Source: a phage. Taken from it: DNA of 64,000 nt. The stretch is taken from NCBI GenBank assembly GCA_008273105.1, contig GCA_008273105.1_4080.1, one strand, 5' to 3'. The position numbers and the translations under genes are program-made. A model generated the notes under the pieces. It saw only the letters and a program-made list of their open reading frames with translations, was not told where the DNA came from and ran no database searches. Every line of letters starts with the position of its first letter. Position 1 is the stretch's first letter. Positions 27,829 to 36,406 of the stretch are shown here, one piece after another.

Positions 27829-28411
27829 ATCGTGTTATAGTTACGGCTTTTACATCCCGCTTTTTATAGTACTGATTCCAGATATTGCGGGTTAAACCGT
27901 AATCAAGTACTTTAATAAGGCCGTTGCGATCCTGGCCGATATTCTGTTTTCTGATATCTCTTATCGTTAGTGTTGACAGTGTATCATCAACGTGTTGTAG
28001 TGCATCAGCAAAGCGGTGCTGGCGTTCAATTGCATTACGTTTAATATTGTACTTTAATTCGTTGCACGCGTTAACGTGCTTTACACTGCCTTTGCTTGCA
28101 GTACTCAACCGATCCATAACGATAAACATATTATCAGGATCGCTTAAATGCATATGCACTTTAGCAAAGTACTGTTTCAATTGAGGGCGGTCATAGTCTA
28201 AAAAATTCCATACCTTACATTCAGTTTCATTTTGTTCTACACCCGCATCACAATTGGCGACCTTAATCACTAACCGATCATTTAAAGCGAAAACTATACG
28301 GGAAGAACCTGCACCGATGATCTCCAAGCCAGCTAACCGACAAGCTGAAAGGATCTCTTTGTTGGTTTCCATTTCTGACAGTGTACGGATGAATTTAGTA
28401 TAATTACGCAT
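27827..28411 (-). CDS. protein kinase-like protein (truncated ePK-like fold)
   Basis: Gly-rich loop IGAGSSRIVF, VIK lysine, catalytic-loop-like IRDIRKQNIG, DYG (DFG-like) with typical spacing; start set at MRNYTKF after AAGGAGA. Confidence 0.6.
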   Translation of the reverse strand: MRNYTKFIRTLSEMETNKEILSACRLAGLEIIGAGSSRIVFALNDRLVIKVANCDAGVEQNETECKVWNFLDYDRPQLKQYFAKVHMHLSDPDNMFIVMDRLSTASKGSVKHVNACNELKYNIKRNAIERQHRFADALQHVDDTLSTLTIRDIRKQNIGQDRNGLIKVLDYGLTRNIWNQYYKKRDVKAVTITR

Positions 28412-28442
28412 TGCATGTTCTCCTTGAGTTAATGAAACTATA

Positions 28443-28685
28443 TTACAGTACTTTACTATCAATGGCAACTACTTTTTTAACATTAACGGCGTGGATCACT
28501 TCCTTCGTGTTTTTAGTACTGAATACTTTTGCCGTACCTTGTTCGACCGCAATACGATAGCGACCGTTAACGTCCACCATGTTGATAAAGTCCGGGGTAC
28601 TGAATGGAGTTACCCGGCATTTAAGAACGGTTAACAGTTCCACCAGCGTTGTAGTCTCTTTGATACGTTTTTCTAAAGTAATCAT
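28443..28685 (-). CDS. hypothetical early protein (paralog of 28743..28961)
   Basis: Start set at MITLEKRIK downstream of TTGACA-N17-TACTAT; six-frame extension MTVLKCFS is translated promoter. Confidence 0.5.
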   Translation of the reverse strand: MITLEKRIKETTTLVELLTVLKCRVTPFSTPDFINMVDVNGRYRIAVEQGTAKVFSTKNTKEVIHAVNVKKVVAIDSKVL

Positions 28686-28742
28686 TTTGTTTTCCCCGTG
28701 TTGGTATGCGTACATAGTACTAAAACATTTGAGTACTGTCAA

Positions 28743-28961
28743 TTAGATAATAGAATATTTCTTTAGTGATAATGCGTCTTCTGTCGGTTGATATTCTACA
28801 CCGTTCCCGTTATCTACCTTAGTGAGTAAACCTTTATCAATGAGTTTTTTGATGGTACGGTTTCCCTGTTGAAAACTGGTGAAGTGTGAATCATTACGAA
28901 AGGTATAACCGTGCTTCACTGCTTCATCAATAGTTTTCTTTTCGATTTTAGATAATTTCAT
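28743..28961 (-). CDS. hypothetical early protein, possible HTH DNA-binding
   Basis: Start set at MKLSKIEKK downstream of TTGACA-N17-TATTAT; HTH assignment is a guess from sequence appearance. Confidence 0.45.
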   Translation of the reverse strand: MKLSKIEKKTIDEAVKHGYTFRNDSHFTSFQQGNRTIKKLIDKGLLTKVDNGNGVEYQPTEDALSLKKYSII

Positions 28962-29017
28962 TTTGTTTCTCTCTCTGTGTTGGTATAGATACATAATACT
29001 AAAACATTTGAGTACTG

Positions 29018-29272
29018 TCAACGTGATATTAGTTTTATTTTTTTATTGTATTGTTGGTGTTCATATAGATTAATTTTTCCAGTACTCTCGATCACTATTC
29101 TATTGTTAGTGTCTACGTCGATTACACGTAGTTTCCCGTTGCTTAACTTCCTAGGCAATAGACTACCATTAATAAACTCATTAGCAAGCTGTACGGCCTT
29201 TGAGATGATTCTCTGTGGGGCTTTATAGTGTACCCGTAATACATTATCGTTTGATAGTTGAACCTTAATCAT
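29018..29272 (-). CDS. hypothetical early protein
   Basis: ORF 84 aa. Confidence 0.5.
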   Translation of the reverse strand: MIKVQLSNDNVLRVHYKAPQRIISKAVQLANEFINGSLLPRKLSNGKLRVIDVDTNNRIVIESTGKINLYEHQQYNKKIKLISR

Positions 29273-29285
29273 TTTGTTTATCCTA

Positions 29286-29311
29286 TAAAAAAGGCGGGAA
29301 CAGTTCCCGCC
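29286..29311 (-). terminator. intrinsic terminator
   Basis: Hairpin ggcgggaacagttcccgcc followed on minus strand by TTTTTTAT, just downstream of 29335..29730. Confidence 0.6.
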
Positions 29312-29334
29312 GTGTTGTTAGTACTGCAATGTTA

Positions 29335-29730
29335 TTAGATAACCTGGCGGCGTTTACTGTATACTGTTACACGGTTTCCTTTACGGTCATGACGGATCTC
29401 TTTCTGGTTACGAATCAGTTCACTTGGACGCTTAAGGTTTGCCAGGTGATCCGCGTGAGTCCATGCATTTGCGTTAACTGTAACTTCAATATCAGAACCT
29501 TCCAAGAAGTCATCTTGAGCGTTCAGTACTTCAGCCAGTTCTTGAGCTTTCTTCAGTTCTGCTTCAGTAAGTACAGGCTCAGGTGAATTCACAATATCAG
29601 AGATCTCTTTGAACTGTACCGCCCAGCGTTGTCCTTTCGGTGCATCTTTGCCCATGTCTTTAAATGTTTCACCTTCTTCACGAGCAACGATGCGAGCTTG
29701 TTCACGGGTAGCGAAGAATTTAGTAATCAT
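29335..29730 (-). CDS. hypothetical early protein (paralog of 41617..41880)
   Basis: Shares KFFATREQARI, TFKDMG, RWAV, DRKGNRVTVY with 41617 gene. Confidence 0.55.
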   Translation of the reverse strand: MITKFFATREQARIVAREEGETFKDMGKDAPKGQRWAVQFKEISDIVNSPEPVLTEAELKKAQELAEVLNAQDDFLEGSDIEVTVNANAWTHADHLANLKRPSELIRNQKEIRHDRKGNRVTVYSKRRQVI

Positions 29731-29829
29731 GGTGTACATCCTATTAGTTAAGTTAATTAGTACTACAAGTTAGAGTCTATTATAAAGTACTATCTGGGCA
29801 ATGTCAAATAGTACTTTAAATGGATTCTA

Positions 29830-30153
29830 TTACATGTCTTTCTTACGTTTTACATCGTAGTAACGAACTGTAATTTCTTTGTTGATCTCTTCCTCGATGC
29901 GGTGAATAACTTTTTCTTTCGGGTTGAAACCTATTACAGTTTCTTTAATGATCTCCAAGCCCGTGTATTCGCCTTGTGTACCGTAACCGTAAGTAAAGGT
30001 TTCATGTCCCAGGTCTTCCCAGCGGTCACCAATCAATGCAGACACGTAGCATGAGTGGTAAGTATTGCCGTGGCTATCAGTCCACCGATTAACTTTAATG
30101 TCAAAGGAAGTTACAATTTTCATTTCTACTTTCTGGGTAAGGATCATAGCCAT
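29830..30153 (-). CDS. hypothetical early protein (paralog of 35992..36315)
   Basis: Shares RWTDSxGNTYHSC, FTYGY and C-terminal VKRKKD. Confidence 0.55.
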   Translation of the reverse strand: MAMILTQKVEMKIVTSFDIKVNRWTDSHGNTYHSCYVSALIGDRWEDLGHETFTYGYGTQGEYTGLEIIKETVIGFNPKEKVIHRIEEEINKEITVRYYDVKRKKDM

Positions 30154-30242
30154 TTTAATTTCTCTCTTTGTTAGGTGGGGAACTATTCCCCACTTGATGT
30201 AAAATATTATACAGTACTAAAAACTATTGTCAAACTATTTTA

Positions 30243-30443
30243 TCAAATTGTTTCCCATTTCATGTTACCCGCTTTACGCTGTGAAACAGGAATAAACATG
30301 TTATTAATGTTACTAATATAACCGACCTGTAAGTCACGCTGTGAACCATACGCCCGACTTGCTGCATTTTTAGCACCGCGTTCTGATTTATAAACGCCGC
30401 TGGATACTGTAAAGCCTACTACACCGAAAGTAAAATGTTTCAT
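30243..30443 (-). CDS. hypothetical early protein
   Basis: ORF 66 aa; TTGACA-N16-TATAAT and AGAGGAA SD upstream; long duplicated leader further upstream. Confidence 0.55.
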   Translation of the reverse strand: MKHFTFGVVGFTVSSGVYKSERGAKNAASRAYGSQRDLQVGYISNINNMFIPVSQRKAGNMKWETI

Positions 30444-30493
30444 TTTGTATTCCTCTTTGTGGTTGATGTAAGTATTATACTCGTTTAATTTCT

Positions 30494-30600
30494 ATTGTCA
30501 AACTATTTTATCAGGGGAGGTTTTCGTATGTCTTACTCCTGGACTACTTAACGGGGAGTTACTTGTTTCGTTCCCCGTCCTGATGTAAAACATTATACGC
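30494..30600 (-). repeat. about 107-bp structured leader repeat (copy 1)
   Basis: Near-identical to 40926-41035; contains hairpin acggggag...ctccccgt and the early promoter -10 region. Confidence 0.7.
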
Positions 30601-30766
30601 TTATCGTGATACTTTGCAAGTACTTTTTAAAAATAGTTTTCAGTACTATCAAATACTAGCCGCCAGCATATAATAGATACATTTATGCACCCTGTGGGCT
30701 GATTTGTTTCTATGCGTATATAATAGCAAAGGGACTGACCGGAGTCAATCCCTTTTTTAATTCTTT

Positions 30767-30916
30767 TTAAACTTGTTTTGGGTTGCGATATGTGATAGCG
30801 TTCGGGTACATTTGTTTAATGTTATTCCATGCCTGGTTAACATTGTAACCACTTGAGCGAATCAGTTGGTTACTACCGACACCTTGAAACACTACTTCGA
30901 ATAAGAATTCTTTCAT
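30767..30916 (-). CDS. hypothetical small protein (49 aa, below ORF-track cutoff)
   Basis: Manual translation MKEFLFEVVFQGVGSNQLIR...; AGGTGA SD; ATGA overlap with upstream gene. Confidence 0.4.
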   Translation of the reverse strand: MKEFLFEVVFQGVGSNQLIRSSGYNVNQAWNNIKQMYPNAITYRNPKQV

Positions 30917-31086
30917 GCTTTCACCTCGCGATCTGCTTTACCTTTACGCCACGACATTACTAATTGTTCGCGTTGCCATAAGTCGAGTGATACAAAAAGT
31001 TTTGCGGTATCACTTTTAGGATACTCGCCATTAGTACCTAACCGATAAAACAGATCTTTCAGTACTGATAATTCTACTTGAATCAT
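30913..31086 (-). CDS. hypothetical small protein (57 aa, below ORF-track cutoff)
   Basis: Manual translation MIQVELSVLKDLFYRLGTNGEYPK...; AGGAG SD; ATGA overlaps both ends. Confidence 0.45.
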   Translation of the reverse strand: MIQVELSVLKDLFYRLGTNGEYPKSDTAKLFVSLDLWQREQLVMSWRKGKADREVKA

Positions 31087-31175
31087 TTTATTACTCCTGA
31101 TTGCGTTAATACTTCTACTATTGCATGAATGATCATAAGTACAGCTAAAACAATAATCATCGGATTCATTTGCAT
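31083..31175 (-). CDS. hypothetical small hydrophobic peptide (30 aa)
   Basis: MQMNPMIIVLAVLMIIHAIVEVLTQSGVIK; AAGGAG SD 8 nt upstream; first gene of a 3-gene mini-operon. Confidence 0.35.
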   Translation of the reverse strand: MQMNPMIIVLAVLMIIHAIVEVLTQSGVIK

Positions 31176-31192
31176 AAGCTGTACTCCTTATA

Positions 31193-31405
31193 TTAATCTT
31201 TCAGCCAATGATCTTGAATGAATTTTTCACAGAATCCCTGTTTCATGGATTCTAACAGGCGTTCGCGGTGAGCGGCGGCATATTGCTCAGTACTATGCGT
31301 TACGCCAGGCTGATAACGTGATACCCCATCCGGTCCGATGTATTGTACATCCCACGGTTTTTCGTTAGTATCAGACCATTTACGAACGATTAGTTGACCT
31401 TGCAT
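31193..31405 (-). CDS. hypothetical early protein
   Basis: ORF 70 aa; AGGAAA SD; UTR hairpin. Confidence 0.55.
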   Translation of the reverse strand: MQGQLIVRKWSDTNEKPWDVQYIGPDGVSRYQPGVTHSTEQYAAAHRERLLESMKQGFCEKFIQDHWLKD

Positions 31406-31489
31406 TTTTCTTTCCTCTTAGTGGGGAGAATCATTTCTCCCCTTCATGTAACTTATTATACAGTACTATAATCTATTGTCAAATACTTT

Positions 31490-31678
31490 TTAAAGTTTAT
31501 GAATCAATTCTTTATCTAAGCGATAGCGTACATTATTAATGGTAACAGCATTATTTTTAATGCTACGCTGTACAGGTCCACCAGCAATAACAAACGTTGC
31601 TTTATTACCCCGAACAATGATAGCACTTCCAGGATTACCGAAATCATCTTGTACTAAAATACTTGATAAGTTTTCCAT
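31490..31678 (-). CDS. hypothetical early protein
   Basis: ORF 62 aa; AGGAAA SD; UTR hairpin aggggaagatgtttcccct. Confidence 0.55.
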   Translation of the reverse strand: MENLSSILVQDDFGNPGSAIIVRGNKATFVIAGGPVQRSIKNNAVTINNVRYRLDKELIHKL

Positions 31679-31756
31679 TTTTATTTCCTCTTAGTAGGGG
31701 AAGATGTTTCCCCTTGATGTAAGTACTATAACAGTACTTAAAACTAAATGCAAGTA

Positions 31757-32113
31757 CTATGATAAAATCATGATAGGATATTCACTATCGATCAGTACCT
31801 CGAATCCGAACCCTTCGTACCATTCTTTAAGATTAAAGGCGTTATCTTCTCCCGTATCGCATTCTAAGATGATACAATCTGAATCATCGGCGGCATCGAT
31901 AAAGGCATTCATTAATTCGTTACCTTCACCATTGCCCCGACTATCAGGATCAACATAAAGAGAATCAATAAACGCTACACGGTCATAATCAAGATCCGGT
32001 GCAATGATTCCACGTTTAACAAACCAGTACTGCAACTGTGCTACTTTGCCCTGTACTTGATAGCCAGTGATCTCGCCATTGTCAGTAGTACGCGTGATAT
32101 GTTGTATTCCCAT
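31757..32113 (-). CDS. GNAT-like acetyltransferase (tentative)
   Basis: VAFIDSLYVDPDSRGNGEGNELMNAF resembles GNAT motif A (R-x-x-G-x-G); short for a GNAT. Confidence 0.35.
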   Translation of the reverse strand: MGIQHITRTTDNGEITGYQVQGKVAQLQYWFVKRGIIAPDLDYDRVAFIDSLYVDPDSRGNGEGNELMNAFIDAADDSDCIILECDTGEDNAFNLKEWYEGFGFEVLIDSEYPIMILS

Positions 32114-32142
32114 GATTTCAATCCTCAGTTAAGATATAAAAT

Positions 32143-32170
32143 ATTATACACTATCTTTCAGTACTGTCAA
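32143..32170 (-). promoter_or_regulatory. sigma70-type promoter (TTGACA-N16-TATAAT)
   Basis: Minus strand TTGACA gtactgaaagatagtg TATAAT upstream of 31757 gene. Confidence 0.6.
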
Positions 32171-32176
32171 TACTTT

Positions 32177-32434
32177 TTATCTCATAGATCTATGCCAACA
32201 ATTACGCGGATCTCTTTTAAAAGTACTATCATGATCCTCCTGGCAAGTAATACAATACATGCACCCTATAACGGCCTGGCGTCGATTCTCAGGGATTTTA
32301 TCGCCGCAGTCGAGGCAATGTACTAGTGATTCTCTTTGTGCGTTAATTTGCTTTCTAGCGTGGTTAACGGCGGCCTGAATCACTGCGTTAATCTCGTCTT
32401 GTTCGGCCCCGTCTTTCGCGAATCCTACAGCCAT
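32177..32434 (-). CDS. traR: TraR/DksA-family C4 zinc-finger protein
   Basis: CLDCGDKIPENRRQAVIGCMYCITCQ matches the TraR/DksA zinc-finger pattern C-x2-C-G-x2-I-P-x2-R ... C-x2-C-Q. Confidence 0.65.
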   Translation of the reverse strand: MAVGFAKDGAEQDEINAVIQAAVNHARKQINAQRESLVHCLDCGDKIPENRRQAVIGCMYCITCQEDHDSTFKRDPRNCWHRSMR

Positions 32435-32763
32435 TATTTTAACCTCATTATAAAAATACTATAGTACTGTAATGCTACAATAATACTACTAGTGCTAATC
32501 TTATTCAAACCACATGATACTACATATCCACCAGCATTACCACGGATAGTAACGCCTTTGTACTGTCTATATAAATTCAACTGCGTATATTGCCTTTGAT
32601 CAAGAATTGATCAGAATTATACGCCTTATGCTAAATTGATCCAGTACTTTTTTGATCATTTATTGATCGATATTATATAGTTACATTTGTGCACCCTATG
32701 GGTTAGTGACGTTCTCGTCTTGATGTAAGTATTATGCCAGTACTGGAGGATATTGTCAATAGA

Positions 32764-32961
32764 TTATTTTAATTTTTTTCTGTCATTGATTAATGCTTTC
32801 AGTACTATACTAATGATTTGCAATGATTCATCAATGACTATAAAATTATTCTCTTTCATTAGATGATAGTTACCATTGATTGTATATTCTAAGGAGTACT
32901 GTTTACGTTTAATTTTTGATAATGTTTCTATTTGTTTTTGTACTGATTTCATGCTAATCAT
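32764..32961 (-). CDS. hypothetical early protein
   Basis: ORF 65 aa. Confidence 0.5.
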   Translation of the reverse strand: MISMKSVQKQIETLSKIKRKQYSLEYTINGNYHLMKENNFIVIDESLQIISIVLKALINDRKKLK

Positions 32962-33066
32962 TGTTAAACGTCCTGTAACGCATTCTAACGAGATAAACGG
33001 TTTAGTACTGACATTGTATAGGGTAATGAATTAAAGCCCACCAGCGTTAACTAGTGGGCTATAATC

Positions 33067-33210
33067 TTACATCTTGCGGATAATCTTAACAGTATCTTTC
33101 ACCGATTTACCGTCTTGCTGGCATTGCTCGATCATTGCGTATTGTTCTGCGGTCAGATCCTCGCCAGTTTTTGCCAGTACTGCGTCGATGAATGAATCCA
33201 GTGCGATCAT
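33067..33210 (-). CDS. hypothetical small protein (47 aa, below ORF-track cutoff)
   Basis: Manual translation MIALDSFIDAVLAKTGEDLTAEQYAMIEQCQQDGK...; hairpin downstream. Confidence 0.4.
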   Translation of the reverse strand: MIALDSFIDAVLAKTGEDLTAEQYAMIEQCQQDGKSVKDTVKIIRKM

Positions 33211-33309
33211 TTTGTTTCTCTCTTAGGTTAAGTTAACTACTGTTGATAAAACTTATTATACAGTACTATCAAACTATGTCAATAACTTTAATAGTACTGG
33301 TAATATATT

Positions 33310-33489
33310 TTAGCGGTAGTCGTCGTATGCTTTATTCACCTGGCGAATGTAACTTTCAAAGGCTTCGTCTACCGTTTCATACTCCCGAACATAATCACCA
33401 TAGGAAACCACATACATACCTTTTTGATCTTCAAACGACATGATGATAGAATCCAGGCCGATGATTTCAGTTTTTGCGATGATAGCCAT
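33310..33489 (-). CDS. hypothetical small protein (59 aa, below ORF-track cutoff)
   Basis: MAIIAKTEIIGLDSIIMSFEDQKG...; preceded by TTGACA-N17-CATAAT and AAGGA SD. Confidence 0.5.
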   Translation of the reverse strand: MAIIAKTEIIGLDSIIMSFEDQKGMYVVSYGDYVREYETVDEAFESYIRQVNKAYDDYR

Positions 33490-33523
33490 TTTTAATTCCT
33501 TAGTAGTGTAGTTGATAAAAGTT

Positions 33524-33552
33524 ATTATGTCAGTACTATCAAACTATGTCAA
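33524..33552 (-). promoter_or_regulatory. sigma70-type promoter (TTGACA-N17-CATAAT)
   Basis: Minus strand TTGACA tagtttgatagtactga CATAAT; AGTACTG sits just upstream of the -10, as in several other promoters. Confidence 0.55.
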
Positions 33553-33571
33553 TAGTACTGTGATAATATTT

Positions 33572-33784
33572 TTAGTTAATGATAGTCAGTGTAAAATTGT
33601 AATCCCCTGCCTGGTATAGTACTTTGTCGCCGAACGTTCCAACACGTTTCATATTGCAATAGATACCCATAACACTTTTTACATCTTTGATATTCCGAAC
33701 GCCAGTAATATCCTTGTTGAAAGTATCATGATCAGAAAATAAAACTTGTTTTGCATTTTTCAGTACAGTGCGGATATTAGCCAT
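33572..33784 (-). CDS. hypothetical early protein
   Basis: ORF 70 aa; UTR hairpin ggggagaactattctcccc upstream. Confidence 0.55.
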   Translation of the reverse strand: MANIRTVLKNAKQVLFSDHDTFNKDITGVRNIKDVKSVMGIYCNMKRVGTFGDKVLYQAGDYNFTLTIIN

Positions 33785-33876
33785 TTTGTTTTTTCTCTGT
33801 TAGTGGGGAGAACTATTCTCCCCTTGATGTAAACTATTATACAGTACTATAATCTATTGTCAAACTATTTTTTATA

Positions 33877-34218
33877 TTATTCGAAATCTTCCGGTACTGA
33901 CTGATAATCATCTTCACCATAAGCACTTTCTAACCGCTCACCAGTGTAATCATCAGTTAGTGAGTCATCCTCATAGTTCACGTCTACGCCAGTGATGTAA
34001 AACTGGCTATCGTCTGGATCATTGAAATTAATTTTTTGGATGTTTACAATAACTGTATTGATGCCCAGGACACCGCCATCAGCCGTTACAAAGTACTGAT
34101 AGTTTTCACAACCGCCTGAATTGAAACCGTAATTAATTTCGGCCCGACCATCATTTAAACGCAGTACCTGGGCGATGATTTCATTTTCAAAGTTAGATTG
34201 AGCAATTGAGATAGTCAT
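33877..34218 (-). CDS. hypothetical early protein, acidic C-terminus
   Basis: ORF 113 aa. Confidence 0.55.
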   Translation of the reverse strand: MTISIAQSNFENEIIAQVLRLNDGRAEINYGFNSGGCENYQYFVTADGGVLGINTVIVNIQKINFNDPDDSQFYITGVDVNYEDDSLTDDYTGERLESAYGEDDYQSVPEDFE

Positions 34219-34428
34219 GATTCGTTTCCTTATTACCAGGGGAAACCGTTTCCCCTTGCGATGTAAAACATTATACGCTTATTGAGATAGTTTGCAAGTA
34301 CTTTTTAAAAATAGTTTTCAGTACTCAAACATTATACAATAGATACACTCCTGCACCCTGTGGGCTAGTGAGCTATCTCTCAATGAATATATAATAGCAA
34401 AATGGCTGACCGAAGTCAACCACTTTTT

Positions 34429-34566
34429 TCATTTATTTTTAGCTTTTAGAATCGCCGCCTTTCGCGTCATGCCTTGCTTGATGTACTCCTTTACTTTCGC
34501 TTTTTTAGCGTTTACCTTGTCTGCTTTCGTTTTAGGAGTACTGTAAATTATACTGTTAGGATTCAT
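34429..34566 (-). CDS. hypothetical small basic protein (45 aa)
   Basis: MNPNSIIYSTPKTKADKVNAKKAKVKEYIKQGMTRKAAILKAKNK; Lys-rich; GGTGA SD; abuts upstream gene stop. Confidence 0.4.
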   Translation of the reverse strand: MNPNSIIYSTPKTKADKVNAKKAKVKEYIKQGMTRKAAILKAKNK

Positions 34567-34656
34567 TTAAATCACCATAAAGAATAGATAGGTTACTAAC
34601 AACGCCGCGATCAATGCACCGACCAGGGCCGAACTGTAATAAGCTAATGATTTCAT
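34567..34656 (-). CDS. hypothetical small hydrophobic peptide (29 aa)
   Basis: MKSLAYYSSALVGALIAALLVTYLFFMVI; ATGA overlap with upstream gene. Confidence 0.3.
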   Translation of the reverse strand: MKSLAYYSSALVGALIAALLVTYLFFMVI

Positions 34657-34805
34657 TTTTTAGCCTGAAAATAATGTTTAATTTGAGCGGCGGTCAGTGC
34701 ACAATTACGCAGGAAGTTTTCTGTATAACTGCGTCGAGTACTGAAAGAAAATTGACCTTTGCCGTTACCGATAGTAACATCAAACCGAGCATTATATTGT
34801 TTCAT
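34656..34805 (-). CDS. hypothetical small protein (49 aa)
   Basis: MKQYNARFDVTIGNGKGQFSF...; AGGAG SD; UTR hairpin ggggagaaccatttccccc. Confidence 0.5.
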
Positions 34806-34886
34806 TTTGATTCTCCTTGTATCAGGGGAGAACCATTTCCCCCTCTATGTAAACAATTATACAGTACTAAAAACTAATTGCAAGTA

Positions 34887-35033
34887 TTATTTTTTAGATT
34901 TACGCAAACTTTCTACCATCTCAGGAGTAAGGCCCGGTGGGTAGGAAACCACTTCATCAACGAAACGTAAAGGGAATACCCCAGCGAAAGGTGAACATGC
35001 TTTCTTAGTATTACTCTTTTTTGATGCTTTCAT
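34887..35033 (-). CDS. hypothetical small protein (48 aa)
   Basis: MKASKKSNTKKACSPFAGVFPLRFVDEVV...; AAGGAA SD; UTR hairpin. Confidence 0.45.
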   Translation of the reverse strand: MKASKKSNTKKACSPFAGVFPLRFVDEVVSYPPGLTPEMVESLRKSKK

Positions 35034-35102
35034 TTCATATTCCTTAATTAGTGGGGAGAATCATTTCTCCCCTTCATGTAAAACATTATACAGTACTGAA
35101 AA

Positions 35103-35312
35103 CTAATTGCAAGTACTATTTGAAAGTAAATGCTCATACGCTGCATTAACTACATTTTCAATAACCGACTGTACAGAAAGATCCCCCACGTCCTGGCTAT
35201 AGTAGAAATTGCTTACAGTGGTGTCATCGTATGCAAATACTTTACCAGGTACTGCATCAATCACATACATATTAACCTTTAAGATGTCGATCTTATCCTG
35301 TACAGTAAGCAT
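35103..35312 (-). CDS. hypothetical early protein
   Basis: ORF 69 aa. Confidence 0.5.
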   Translation of the reverse strand: MLTVQDKIDILKVNMYVIDAVPGKVFAYDDTTVSNFYYSQDVGDLSVQSVIENVVNAAYEHLLSNSTCN

Positions 35313-35317
35313 ATTAA

Positions 35318-35590
35318 TTAACCTTTTAAGTACTGGCTTAAGTAGTCTTTTTGATCTTCGGTGATTGCAGTCATCTTCCCTAGTACTGGATTAATGATAT
35401 AATCCCCTGTAACGTCCTGTAACGCATTCTCAGGCGGTGAAACGGCTGGGGTAGCCATAGCCATTGCCTGGACTTGTTCGACGCTGTAACGCTCATAAAG
35501 GCGGCATTCTTCCGGTGTTAACATAGCATCAGTACGCTTCATCGGTTTAATGATGCTTTCGATCTCATTCAGTACTTGATTAACGTTCAT
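35318..35590 (-). CDS. hypothetical early protein
   Basis: ORF 90 aa. Confidence 0.5.
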   Translation of the reverse strand: MNVNQVLNEIESIIKPMKRTDAMLTPEECRLYERYSVEQVQAMAMATPAVSPPENALQDVTGDYIINPVLGKMTAITEDQKDYLSQYLKG

Positions 35591-35641
35591 GGTATAATCC
35601 CCAATATAAGCGGCCTAAATCGACCGCTAACGATGTTTTGA

Positions 35642-35911
35642 TTAATAGGTGTAAGGTTGACGCTCAAACAATGATTGTACGCTGTACGCCCCGCTAATGG
35701 GCTTCGCTGGCAAATCAATTTTATATTGTTCACGCTTAAAGATAATAAAACGGCAATTGTTTTTAACATCAAAATTGATTGAACGTTCCAGGAGTTTTCC
35801 ATCGTGCACAAATACAAGATAACCGCTTGGTACTTGTTTTGTAGAACTGGTTGCAACCATAGACCGACGAACATGTGTACCTGCATCGATTAAAGTACTG
35901 ATATTTTTCAT
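35642..35911 (-). CDS. hypothetical early protein
   Basis: ORF 89 aa with AGAGGA SD; preferred over overlapping low-complexity frame 35587..35886. Confidence 0.5.
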   Translation of the reverse strand: MKNISTLIDAGTHVRRSMVATSSTKQVPSGYLVFVHDGKLLERSINFDVKNNCRFIIFKREQYKIDLPAKPISGAYSVQSLFERQPYTY

Positions 35912-35991
35912 TTTACTATCCTCTTAAGTTGATTTAATTTCTTTCCCCTATGCAGACACTGTATCAAAGTATCTGCATAAAGTAAAGCTAA

Positions 35992-36315
35992 TTAAAGATC
36001 TTTTTTACGTTTTACATCCTGTACAGTACAATGCAACGGGATAGACAAATCATTACACAAACGAGTAAGGGAGGTTTCAACAGTATCAAGCCCGTCTACT
36101 GATTCCTTTAAGAGATCAAACGCCGTTTGTTGATATGCATCTTCATAGCCATAAGTAAATGATTCAACCGCCAGATCATTCAAACCGTTATCCAGTTCAA
36201 CGCTTACATGACAAGAATGATAAGTATTGCCATATGAATCAGTCCAACGTTTACCGTCAACATTGATTGCATGGATTGCAGCCAGGGAAACGGTGTTGAT
36301 GATAGTTTTAGCCAT
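35992..36315 (-). CDS. hypothetical early protein (paralog of 29830..30153)
   Basis: Shares RWTDSYGNTYHSC, FTYGY, VKRKKD; AAGGAA SD. Confidence 0.55.
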   Translation of the reverse strand: MAKTIINTVSLAAIHAINVDGKRWTDSYGNTYHSCHVSVELDNGLNDLAVESFTYGYEDAYQQTAFDLLKESVDGLDTVETSLTRLCNDLSIPLHCTVQDVKRKKDL

Positions 36316-36406
36316 TTTAGTATTCCTTAAATTAATATGTGTCGTCTTGATAAAATCTATTATGCCAGTACTATCAAACTATGTCAATAGTACTGTGATA
36401 ATATTT

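Noticed and set aside
35587-35886. Minus-strand ORF of 99 aa overlapping 35642..35911 in another frame
   Set aside because: Low-complexity hydrophobic translation and no SD; the alternative frame 35642..35911 has AGAGGA SD spacing and protein-like composition.
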